A stretch of DNA of 64,000 nt, taken from a virus. Its lineage: Duplodnaviria > Caudoviricetes. Below the pieces are notes generated by a model, which was not told the DNA's origin, made no database searches, and saw nothing but the letters and a program-made list of their open reading frames with translations. The stretch spans positions 1-64,000 of the IMG/VR virus record IMGVR_UViG_3300033069_002007; one strand, written 5' to 3'. Both the position numbers and the translations under genes were made by a program. Of the stretch, positions 45,506-54,483 are shown piece after piece; position 1 is the first letter of the stretch, and each line of letters begins with the position of its first letter.

Positions 45506-45933
45506 TAGTATTTCTCCCAGAAAAAGTCAATCCAAGTGTTGTGAGGTAGTTCTTTGTATGATATTATTTTTTTCTCAGAAGTTATATTAGGATTATTGAA
45601 TAACATACAGTAGTCAATATTCTTTTTACCTTCAAAGTATGAAATAGTCTTACCGGAATCAATCAAATCGTCAACTAGTAAGTAATTCTTGTAACCTTCA
45701 AATCTAGGTATTATTATGTTTCCGCCTTGTAAGTTTGAAGTATCTCTAAATGATACATGACATACCATATAAGGAATATTTAAATCCCTAGAAAGGGCAT
45801 CAGTGAGATAAAATCCGCCTCTGAGATTACCAACTAAATAATCATACTTTGTTTTCGACTCATAAATTTTCTTTTTTAAAATATTTTTAGCTTCTACAAA
45901 TTCATCCGAAGTGAACAGGTATCTTTCTTTCAT
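45505..45933 (-). CDS. type I phosphoribosyltransferase (Gpt-like)
   Basis: PRPP loop LLVDDLIDSGKT; RGG; C-terminal WIDFFWE. Confidence 0.85.
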   Translation of the reverse strand: MKERYLFTSDEFVEAKNILKKKIYESKTKYDYLVGNLRGGFYLTDALSRDLNIPYMVCHVSFRDTSNLQGGNIIIPRFEGYKNYLLVDDLIDSGKTISYFEGKKNIDYCMLFNNPNITSEKKIISYKELPHNTWIDFFWEKY

Positions 45934-46409
45934 TTAAATAAATCCTCATTATCCTCTCTATGCCCAGTTCTACCAGCCATATTGTTATCAGTTTCTCTGA
46001 CTTCGACTTTACAACACCAAACTCTTTCTGCTTCCTGTTGACCGTATTCAGGAAGTAAAATACCATTGATGTATTTATATAGAAAATCAGCTATACCTTC
46101 ACAACCAGTTTTAGGAACTCTGGTTATATTAGCAAGACCTAACGATTCTAATTTATACAATTCTTCTCTCTGAGGATCATCATCAGCTACCAAGAGTTTA
46201 TGGTCAAACCATTCTTCAAGTTTAGCTTTTAAAGGACGTAGACCACCAAAATCCTGACACCAGTTACGAGCATCTAAGGTGTCACATTCAAATTCTAGAT
46301 GAAAAGTTAGAGCATAACCATGAATTTTATTACAATGAGAATCAGCCTTCCATTGCCGATATGCTACAGGAGCTATTTGTTTATACGTTTTTGTTGAAAA
46401 ATATTTCAT
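45930..46409 (-). CDS. queD: 6-carboxytetrahydropterin synthase
   Basis: SHCNKIHGY, DFGGL, FDHKLL, TGCEGIA, VRET. Confidence 0.88.
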   Translation of the reverse strand: MKYFSTKTYKQIAPVAYRQWKADSHCNKIHGYALTFHLEFECDTLDARNWCQDFGGLRPLKAKLEEWFDHKLLVADDDPQREELYKLESLGLANITRVPKTGCEGIADFLYKYINGILLPEYGQQEAERVWCCKVEVRETDNNMAGRTGHREDNEDLFK

Positions 46410-46429
46410 TTAACCTTTCCCATAAATTT

Positions 46430-46867
46430 TTAAATTGGTTCTAAAACATCAATTCCAGGAGTTATCCAATACTTTTTAGAGTGAGTGTATTGATCTCTTA
46501 TTTGTACTTCATTCTTTTTAACAGCAATGACTTCAATTAGAGCTCCTTTCTTTAAATCCTGAACCTCATTAACTAGATAGAATCGATCATGGACTTCAAA
46601 TACTTCATCACCTAGAGTAAAAGTAGAGGAATCTTTTACTTTCTCTACTCCATCCTCATCCTTAAATGTAGTAGACTCGACTTTTCTTCTTCCTTTTTGT
46701 TTTCTAGGAATTTCGAACTTATCAAGTTTAGCTGAAATGAGATTAGATTGACACTTAAAAATCAAAGCAATAGGAACAACTCCTAAATCTTCAGTATGAT
46801 ATTTTTGTATCAACCAATCTTTAGTTATTTCATCTACTGTTTTAGGTTCTATTATTTCAGTTTCCAT
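46430..46867 (-). CDS. hypothetical protein
   Basis: ORF with AGGAG SD. Confidence 0.6.
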   Translation of the reverse strand: METEIIEPKTVDEITKDWLIQKYHTEDLGVVPIALIFKCQSNLISAKLDKFEIPRKQKGRRKVESTTFKDEDGVEKVKDSSTFTLGDEVFEVHDRFYLVNEVQDLKKGALIEVIAVKKNEVQIRDQYTHSKKYWITPGIDVLEPI

Positions 46868-46912
46868 ATTTGTATCTCCTATCTATTATGAATAATAAAT
46901 AGGAAATCCTTG

Positions 46913-47113
46913 TTATTTTAAGAAAATGTAACTTAAATTAGCTAGACCGAAACCAATTAAAACCGAAATCCTAGTAATTGTTGCATCTGACTTTTCATCA
47001 AAAGTCATAAATACTTTATATTCAATCCCTCCTTGCACTACAAGTGCAAGGGAAATTAGAGTCATTACATAACTTAAAATTGGTTTTAAATACTGTACGA
47101 TTACATCAATCAT
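46913..47113 (-). CDS. small two-TM membrane protein
   Basis: two hydrophobic stretches. Confidence 0.55.
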   Translation of the reverse strand: MIDVIVQYLKPILSYVMTLISLALVVQGGIEYKVFMTFDEKSDATITRISVLIGFGLANLSYIFLK

Positions 47114-48288
47114 TCTGCTGCCTCTTGTAGTATTGGTTCAGAAGGAAGTTCTTTTTGTTCCTTAGCTGATTCAACTGCAGTTGCTGATGCACTATCAGTT
47201 ATATCTTTAGGGGTTCTTTTTTTCGGTTCCTCATCAGTTAAATTAACTTCAACATCAGATAATCCTTCAGAACTAACTTTCTCCAATACTTGTTGTCTTA
47301 ATACTGTTATTAGTTCGGGATTAGATTTCAGATATGCTTTTATACCAAGTAAACCTTGGAACTTTTCTTCTTTATAAGTATACCATGCTCCACCTTTTTT
47401 AATGAAACCATACTTAACTGCCTCCTCAATAACTGATCCTTCATAATCATATCCTTCTTTGAAGATAAGATCGAAGTAACATTCAGTAAATGGGGATGCT
47501 ACTTTATTTTTAACAATTTTAACTCTTGTTTTAACTCCATAAGCTTCTTCACCTTTTTTCAGAGTTTCTTTTCTTGCGATATCAAATCGAACTGAAGCAT
47601 AGAACTTCAAAGCATTACCACCAGTAGTGGTTGTAGGAGAACCATATCCTCCGATTTTATCTCTGGTTTGGTTTAAGAAGATAACTATAGCTCCTGATTT
47701 AGAAATAGAACCAGTTAACTTCCTCATTGCTTGAGACATCAATCTGGCTTGTAATCCCATTGAAGATTCACCCATATCTTTTTCTAGTTCAGCTTTAGGA
47801 ACTAGAGCAGCTACTGAGTCAACTACAATAATACCGACTTGATTTGTAACAACTAAATCGTCAACGATTTCAAGTGCTTCTTCACCAGAAGAGGGTTGAG
47901 CAAATAATAATTCATCAATATTAACTCCATTGAATTTAGCCCACTTCCTATCGAAAGCATGCTCAACATCAATGAATGCTGCTAGACCACCTCTTCTCTG
48001 GGTTTGCTTAATGAAGTTAAGGGATAATGTTGTTTTACCTGCTGAATTGTCTCCGTAGAACTCAATGATTCTTCCTTTAGGAAGACCACCAATTCCAAGA
48101 GCTAAATCAAGTGATAGAATCTCTGAAGGAATATTAGGTATATTTAAGTTAACCTTACTATCCAAGATAGTCATTGATTCCTTACCATGATTCTTTTGAA
48201 TCAAAGAAGAAATTGATTGTAGAGCGTTCTTTCTTTCTTGCTCGTTTTTAAACTGATATTCGTTTGCTAATTGGGTTAGAGTTGTCAT
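47110..48288 (-). CDS. recA: RecA recombinase
   Basis: GGLPKGRIIEFYGDNSAGKTT, IVVDSVAALVP, ARLMSQAMRK, GGNALKFYAS, KNKVASP. Confidence 0.97.
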   Translation of the reverse strand: MTTLTQLANEYQFKNEQERKNALQSISSLIQKNHGKESMTILDSKVNLNIPNIPSEILSLDLALGIGGLPKGRIIEFYGDNSAGKTTLSLNFIKQTQRRGGLAAFIDVEHAFDRKWAKFNGVNIDELLFAQPSSGEEALEIVDDLVVTNQVGIIVVDSVAALVPKAELEKDMGESSMGLQARLMSQAMRKLTGSISKSGAIVIFLNQTRDKIGGYGSPTTTTGGNALKFYASVRFDIARKETLKKGEEAYGVKTRVKIVKNKVASPFTECYFDLIFKEGYDYEGSVIEEAVKYGFIKKGGAWYTYKEEKFQGLLGIKAYLKSNPELITVLRQQVLEKVSSEGLSDVEVNLTDEEPKKRTPKDITDSASATAVESAKEQKELPSEPILQEAAE

Positions 48289-48464
48289 ATTTTATTTTCC
48301 TGTCTTTTTATTAATTCTTTTATAATTTCGTAGGAACAATCATTTAAAGTATTTGCATTTTTTAAACTAAATGATGATAGGTTCACCAATTCAAAATTAT
48401 CTTTTAGTTGTAAAAGTAATTCGTGAGTTGATAAGTATGGAACTTGAAGTTGATTATTTAACAT
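48285..48464 (-). CDS. small 59-aa protein (not in ORF track)
   Basis: MLNNQLQVPYLSTHELL...; ATGA overlap with recA. Confidence 0.5.
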   Translation of the reverse strand: MLNNQLQVPYLSTHELLLQLKDNFELVNLSSFSLKNANTLNDCSYEIIKELIKRQENKI

Positions 48465-48500
48465 ATTGACTCACTGTAGAGATTATATAATAAATAGTTT

Positions 48501-49043
48501 TTATTGAACATATCTTATTTTATCACGAGCTGACTCCAACCATTGTTGTACTTCACTAGATGATATATGTTTTTTAGTTACGGGATGTAACATATCAGTC
48601 AATCTACGGTGAAAACTATGAGCAATCAAAACAACATTCTCTAATACCTTTCGTTCACTACCATGAGTTGATTTAGGTTTTATATGAGCTATTTCTAATT
48701 TACTGTTTAGAAATAATTCATCATCGTAATTTTCCAAATATATTTTCTCATCGGGGGTTAATACTTGCCATAGTCTACAATATCGTTGCCAGTTTTCTCT
48801 AGTAGATGAGTTACCTTTTACCTCACCGGTATCTCTCAACCAGACTTCATTATCGAAATCTGCTTGTTCATTCCAATCTTGTTTGTTCTGTTGTCTCTTT
48901 TCAACTTTCTTTGATTCTAATCTAGTGTATGATTTAAAGCAGTTAGTTTGTTTTGATGTTTTCCAACAAGTCTTAGCATCATATCTAACTCGTTTCAAAC
49001 ATTTTTTATTGTTACAACTTTCTTGAAATTCTTCTAGTTCCAA
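48501..49043 (-). CDS. hypothetical protein with HNH-like motif
   Basis: AHIKPKS...ENVVLIAHSFH. Confidence 0.4.
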   Translation of the reverse strand: MELEEFQESCNNKKCLKRVRYDAKTCWKTSKQTNCFKSYTRLESKKVEKRQQNKQDWNEQADFDNEVWLRDTGEVKGNSSTRENWQRYCRLWQVLTPDEKIYLENYDDELFLNSKLEIAHIKPKSTHGSERKVLENVVLIAHSFHRRLTDMLHPVTKKHISSSEVQQWLESARDKIRYVQ

Positions 49044-49045
49044 AA

Positions 49046-49297
49046 TTAATCCTCAATACTTTTAGGTAAAATATTTATTGAATAAGTTCTTGATTCGTAA
49101 TTAGGAACGACTTCAAATTTTACCAATTCTTGTAAATAATAATATATAGATTCTCTTATTTTGGTATCAATATAATGTATTATTTTGCCTGTAGTTTCTT
49201 TAGACATTATTGAGAATTGAAAATAATTGTGAACTTCTTTTATAAGAAGTAAGAAGAAGGAAATCTCTTGACTGTTTAAATCTAACTCTTTATACAT
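49046..49297 (-). CDS. hypothetical protein
   Basis: coupled ORF. Confidence 0.45.
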   Translation of the reverse strand: MYKELDLNSQEISFFLLLIKEVHNYFQFSIMSKETTGKIIHYIDTKIRESIYYYLQELVKFEVVPNYESRTYSINILPKSIED

Positions 49298-49341
49298 TGT
49301 TTTTAAAAACCAAGCTATATTTCAAGCCTGGTTTAATCCTT

Positions 49342-50685
49342 CTATTTAAAAATCTGCCCATCAATCGGGCAACAGAATACATCATCAGGAAAACCAATTT
49401 TCTTACCACAATCACATGCGATAAGATTTGTTCCATCTTTGAATTTAAATACTTCACCTTCAACGCTGATACAATTTGCAATCATTGATGCTTGATCTTG
49501 ATCACTTAAACTATTCCAAGCAGGTAATGCTTTCAACTGCTCTACTACACTTACTGAAGTAGGAGCTTCGTCTGGCTTTCTACGAGAAGGCTTATCTTCT
49601 GTTTTTTCAGAAGGTTTAGCTTCAGCTTCAGGTGAATCTGTTTCAACATCATCATTAGGAGAACCAGTAGAATGTTGAGTTGTATTGTTTTCAGCATTTT
49701 CTTTTTCTCGTGCAGCTTTTTCAGTTTCATATAAGTCTTTTAGTTCAGGATAAAATTGAGTATTCAAATCTAAGTCAGCTTGTTTGAATAATTTTTCCAA
49801 ACCATTATATAGTTTATAATAACCACTAGGTTTGAATAGTTTTTCAAAATCATATAATTGATAAGTTTTCTCTAATTTAGACAACGGTTGAACATTAACT
49901 AACTTCTTAATATCTTCCTTAATTTTATCTTCCATACCATCACGAAGAATATATTTTTTGTCTTCTTTATGAGTGATAAGGTCTAAATCCCAATGACCTC
50001 GATACTCAATAACTTGTGACCATAACATCTTATAAAACTGTTCAGGAATACCAATATCAGTAAAATAAATAGTTTTTGGTCCTTGTTCAGTCGGAAACTC
50101 AAAAGGAGAATGACTCGAAGTCAAAATCTTACTATGTTTATTCTCGACACACCAGTCATCCATTCTATCAATAACATTGAATAGAACTCTTTTCTTAGGA
50201 TAGAAGTGACCAAATTGTTTTGATCCTTCTTTTTGATTTTTATCGATACGATTATGACTTAATTTTCCTACATGAAGATCAACGAAATAACCTTTATCAT
50301 TTGATTTTGGTCTGAGTGGATCTCGGACTTCATCTGGTTTGTAATCATACCATTGTGATTCCATTACTTTTTTATGAAGTCTGTAAAGGATCCAATCTTT
50401 ATCTAGTTCACCATCAGGAGTAGTTGGCCAGTAAATATTCATCCAATTCTTACCAGCATCATTGATGATTTTTGACCAATATACTAGCATAGCATCTGTA
50501 GGTAATTCTCTTGCTTCTACTGGATTACCAACGATTCTAAAAACTTTAGGTTTATCAGTTACTCCTGCCCAATGAAGTTCCTCATAGTCTTTAGAGTAGT
50601 TTCTATTTTTCTTTTCTTCTTCTTTTTTCTTGTTCTCATCTTCTTGTTGAAGTCTTAATTGTTTTGCTTTTTCAAACGGGTTCAT
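49342..50685 (-). CDS. single-stranded DNA-binding protein (gp32-like, putative)
   Basis: KVFRIVG...PKKRVLFNVIDR OB-like core, acidic linker, C-terminal CxC...CC; next to recA and helicase. Confidence 0.55.
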   Translation of the reverse strand: MNPFEKAKQLRLQQEDENKKKEEEKKNRNYSKDYEELHWAGVTDKPKVFRIVGNPVEARELPTDAMLVYWSKIINDAGKNWMNIYWPTTPDGELDKDWILYRLHKKVMESQWYDYKPDEVRDPLRPKSNDKGYFVDLHVGKLSHNRIDKNQKEGSKQFGHFYPKKRVLFNVIDRMDDWCVENKHSKILTSSHSPFEFPTEQGPKTIYFTDIGIPEQFYKMLWSQVIEYRGHWDLDLITHKEDKKYILRDGMEDKIKEDIKKLVNVQPLSKLEKTYQLYDFEKLFKPSGYYKLYNGLEKLFKQADLDLNTQFYPELKDLYETEKAAREKENAENNTTQHSTGSPNDDVETDSPEAEAKPSEKTEDKPSRRKPDEAPTSVSVVEQLKALPAWNSLSDQDQASMIANCISVEGEVFKFKDGTNLIACDCGKKIGFPDDVFCCPIDGQIFK

Positions 50686-50741
50686 ATTAACCTTTTTCCT
50701 TATGTGTTAAAATCATTTAACTTGTTTATAATAAATAAAAC

Positions 50742-52505
50742 CTATTGGATTTTATCAGGGAACAATTCTTTAAGTAGGGAAAATAAATCTTCCTGTTCTA
50801 AACGAGGAAGAGTTTTTCTTCTACCATTTTCATCCGTGATTTCAAACCAAACAGTATTATTTTCTTTTGAAACTGTAATTATATTATTGTCAACTTTAAT
50901 TTGTCTAGATATAGTTGTGTCAACATCATCATTAAAAAAGTCATCGTTGTTTTTATTAATTTCAGATTCATTATTGTTATTAGTATTGAGTTCAAATTCT
51001 GACAACCAAGGAATATTATGTATTAAGTTAACTTTAGCTCTAGTGACTGCAACATAATAAATATTTAGTTCCTCAACCCATTGTTTTCTTTTATAATCTC
51101 GTTCCTCATCAGTTAATTCGATACTAATAACTTTACCATCTTTACCTTTCTTGGAAATACTTTCAGGAACTTTATTAGGAAAACCCTCTTCAAACATATC
51201 AGGAGATAATATTTGAACTTGATCCCATTCATTACCCTTTGCTTTATGTATAGTTGAGAAAGTATAGTCACAATATTCTTTACTATCTGAAATTCTTTTC
51301 TTTAACTGATCCAACTCAATAAGTAAAGTATTCTCAAACTTAGTTAAAAAGTTAACGAAAGAATTTATCGATTGATCATCTATATCCTCATAGTATTCTT
51401 GTAACTCACCTAAACTTCTAAAAGTTTTAATAAAGAAATTTTGAATTTTATCTTTTTCACCTTTTTTGAGATAGTAGATATCTAGTAAACTAACTCCTGA
51501 ATTAGTTTGAAGTAAACCATCTAACCCACCTTCAATATAAGGTTTTTTATAAACCATTTTTTGAGTAAAGAGTTTTTCCAATAGAGCTATATTACTTCTA
51601 GAAATTATAGCTTTAGTTTCAATTTTAGAATGTTGACCTTTACCTAAAAGTCTCAGTTTTGAAAAATCGAAACCATCCTCTTTACCTTCTTTGAAAGAAA
51701 GAACTTCTAAACCTAAGTTTGCAACTGATTGAGGAAATCTAAAAGATTCAGTTAAAGTAAACCTTTCGTATGATTCAGGAGCAAGCTTTAAAGCATTGAT
51801 AGCTCCTCTCCATGAATAAATAGCTTGGTGATTATCTCCTACCATAATTTTTCTACCTTTTTGGTTAAAAAAGATATCCAATATAACTGGGTTTAAATCT
51901 TGAGCTTCATCACAAAGTATAATATCATAGTTTAAAACTGGTTTGGTTAACTGATACATCTTTAAATAGGAACTATGAGTTGAGTCAATTTTCTTCGCTA
52001 CTATATCTTTCCATATAGTGTTAGAATACTCATCAATTTTAGCTTTATGTTCTCTGTAAAAAGAAATAGCTCTCTCTGAAGACAAACAATCTTCGTAGTT
52101 TAAAGTATTAATATCCATATCAGCTGAGTTACAAAATAACTCAACCTTTTTAATACTATGAGCTACCAACTTATTAGCTACTCCTGTACCAGTAGTTTTT
52201 AAGTATTTTGATAAATGATAAGTTGAAAGATTATAACCTAACTTATATTGTTTACCTATAATGATTGACTTATAAGCTAAACCATGAGCAGTAGATATGG
52301 TTATATTTTTAACTCCTTTAGCATTAAATTTAGATTTAGCTTCCTCAGATATACCTTTGTTAAAAGCTAAGTAAATCTTTTTAGCTTTTTCATTTCGTAA
52401 GGAGTATTCTATAAGAGTTGTTGTTTTACCAGTTCCAGCTCTAGCTTCTATACAAGCATCATTGTTACAATCTAGTATTTTCTTTTGTTCTTCCGTTAAA
52501 TTCAT
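50742..52505 (-). CDS. UvrD/Rep-family SF1 helicase
   Basis: ARAGTGKT, CDEAQD, VGDNHQAIYSWRGA, TIHKAKG, YVAVTRAK. Confidence 0.92.
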   Translation of the reverse strand: MNLTEEQKKILDCNNDACIEARAGTGKTTTLIEYSLRNEKAKKIYLAFNKGISEEAKSKFNAKGVKNITISTAHGLAYKSIIIGKQYKLGYNLSTYHLSKYLKTTGTGVANKLVAHSIKKVELFCNSADMDINTLNYEDCLSSERAISFYREHKAKIDEYSNTIWKDIVAKKIDSTHSSYLKMYQLTKPVLNYDIILCDEAQDLNPVILDIFFNQKGRKIMVGDNHQAIYSWRGAINALKLAPESYERFTLTESFRFPQSVANLGLEVLSFKEGKEDGFDFSKLRLLGKGQHSKIETKAIISRSNIALLEKLFTQKMVYKKPYIEGGLDGLLQTNSGVSLLDIYYLKKGEKDKIQNFFIKTFRSLGELQEYYEDIDDQSINSFVNFLTKFENTLLIELDQLKKRISDSKEYCDYTFSTIHKAKGNEWDQVQILSPDMFEEGFPNKVPESISKKGKDGKVISIELTDEERDYKRKQWVEELNIYYVAVTRAKVNLIHNIPWLSEFELNTNNNNESEINKNNDDFFNDDVDTTISRQIKVDNNIITVSKENNTVWFEITDENGRRKTLPRLEQEDLFSLLKELFPDKIQ

Positions 52506-52755
52506 AATACGTATATAATAAATAAAATTTTTTTGTACTTTTTTTAAAAAAAGTGTCTAAACTCTATAAAAATGAAAAATTCTTATTTATTACTATATAT
52601 TATAGTGAGCGGAAGATAGTTAAGGTAGAAAGCAATAATATAATAATAAATATAATATTAAGAAAATAAAATATTATAATATATATTATTAGCGTCTAAC
52701 TCAACCCATGAAACTTTAATATTATGTCTACTGGTAAGTTGGTTTAGGAGAGTTT
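52506..52755. other. AT-rich divergent intergenic region at the strand switch (candidate origin/promoter hub)
   Basis: 58-nt run with a single G (52634-52691); perfect palindromes at 52537-52554 and 52676-52689. Confidence 0.45.
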
Positions 52756-53001
52756 ATGTGGAGATTGTTTAGATGGAACCTGTTAAAAAAGTTTCCTGAT
52801 TTAAAATTTGAATTCAAAAAGATAAACACAACAACTTTTCAAGTTGAAGTACCTACAAAAAATATTTCAATACAACTTCACTATGATAAAAACTTAACTA
52901 AAGATTCCGATATGTATAATCTTTTATTGAACTCATTAATCTCAGACATAAAAAATCAAGTTTTTGAAGTAAAAAGAAAAAAGAAATTTTTAAGACGATA
53001 A
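52756..53001 (+). CDS. hypothetical protein
   Basis: AGGAG SD. Confidence 0.55.
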   Translation: MWRLFRWNLLKKFPDLKFEFKKINTTTFQVEVPTKNISIQLHYDKNLTKDSDMYNLLLNSLISDIKNQVFEVKRKKKFLRR

Positions 53002-53021
53002 GTTTTATTTATTATAGTCGT

Positions 53022-53714
53022 ATGGAAAAATATTTATACGACATGAAAGATGGAGAAGAAGTTGCTCGTCTCAATCCTGAATGGTTAAAACATATACAGA
53101 ATTTAAAATACGAGTTCTATCTTAAGGAGTCAGGGATACCTATTGATTATTGGAACCTGACTTATGATGATTGTGGTATAGGTTCTAATGAACGAGTAGT
53201 TACTGTATGTAGAAACTATATAAATCGAATCAAAACCGGAACTATAAAAAATCTTTATCTATATGGTTTAAATTCTACTGGTAAAACAACAGCTATGAAT
53301 TGTATTGGTAAAGATGCAATAAAAGAAGGACTTAAAGTTAAATTTATACTATCCAATGATTTAATAAATATCTTACAAAAGACTTCTGGTTATGGTATCA
53401 ATGATGAGTTCGAGAGAAAGAAGAATGCTTTATTCAATGCTGACTTAGTTTTGGTCGATGAAGTATTTGATGCTTCTAAATCTACTCTTTGGAAAGGTGA
53501 ATCCAGAAATCTTATAGTTTCAGATTTGGATGGTTTTTTCAGACATGTAATTTCAAATAATAGAAGAATAGTTACGACTTCAAATATCTTAAAGGAAAGA
53601 ATTGCTTCAGATTATTCTCCTAGCTTGTTTGAGTTGATAGATAGAAATTTTCAGGAACTAAAGTTTACAGAATCGGTAAAAGAAAATCGTAAACGAAAGT
53701 TGATGGAAAATTAA
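53022..53714 (+). CDS. DnaC/IstB-like ATPase (helicase-loader-like)
   Basis: LYLYGLNSTGKT, DLVLVDEV, IVTTSN. Confidence 0.75.
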   Translation: MEKYLYDMKDGEEVARLNPEWLKHIQNLKYEFYLKESGIPIDYWNLTYDDCGIGSNERVVTVCRNYINRIKTGTIKNLYLYGLNSTGKTTAMNCIGKDAIKEGLKVKFILSNDLINILQKTSGYGINDEFERKKNALFNADLVLVDEVFDASKSTLWKGESRNLIVSDLDGFFRHVISNNRRIVTTSNILKERIASDYSPSLFELIDRNFQELKFTESVKENRKRKLMEN

Positions 53715-53715
53715 A

Positions 53716-54480
53716 ATGGATTTATCTATTTTTGAAAATCAATTTGAAGACATTGAGTTTGATGATGAAACTCATTCCTATAAAGTAAAAAATGCGACTG
53801 ATACTTTAATATCCGTTACAACTCTTATTCATAAATATTCACAACCTTTTGACTCAGATAAAATAGCTAGTCGAGTAGCTAAAGATAGAAAAGTAGATAA
53901 GGATGAATTATTAAAATCTTGGCTGGATAAAGGTGAAAGCTCAGCTAATAAGGGTAAACATTTACACAAATTTATTGAAGAGTATTGTAAACATCAACAA
54001 GAATTTAAAATGGATTTGTACTCTGAGGAGAAAGCTCAGTTTATAAAATTCTATAACGATTTCCTGAATGATAAAGTAATAATTTATTTAGAAAAAATAT
54101 TATACCTAAGGTCAGCTAATCTAGCCGGAACTATTGATTGTCTTATCTATAGTCCTATAAATGATATACTTTACTTTATTGATTGGAAGTCAAATGAGAA
54201 GATTTCAACATTCAATAAGTTTCAAAAACTTAAACCTCCCTTGTCAAGATATGATCAATGTAGTAAAGAAATATATACTATACAACTTTCATTATACAGA
54301 TATATAATTGAAGAAGTCATACTAAATAAGTCCCAGGGGTTTTCATCGAAAACTCAGGTGAAAAATTTACTCATACACTTTTCAAAACTCAACGAATCGT
54401 ACGTAATTATGGAATTACCATATTATAAGTATTCGACAATTGAGTTATTGAAACATTATAACAACTTAAAAGGAAATTAA
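53716..54480 (+). CDS. PD-(D/E)XK exonuclease
   Basis: SVTT, LEKIL, AGTIDCL, IDWKS, QLSLY. Confidence 0.8.
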   Translation: MDLSIFENQFEDIEFDDETHSYKVKNATDTLISVTTLIHKYSQPFDSDKIASRVAKDRKVDKDELLKSWLDKGESSANKGKHLHKFIEEYCKHQQEFKMDLYSEEKAQFIKFYNDFLNDKVIIYLEKILYLRSANLAGTIDCLIYSPINDILYFIDWKSNEKISTFNKFQKLKPPLSRYDQCSKEIYTIQLSLYRYIIEEVILNKSQGFSSKTQVKNLLIHFSKLNESYVIMELPYYKYSTIELLKHYNNLKGN

Positions 54481-54483
54481 AGA

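Noticed and set aside
53716-54480. Cas4 call for the PD-(D/E)XK nuclease
   Set aside because: No four-Cys Fe-S pattern and no cas context; treated as a generic phage exonuclease.
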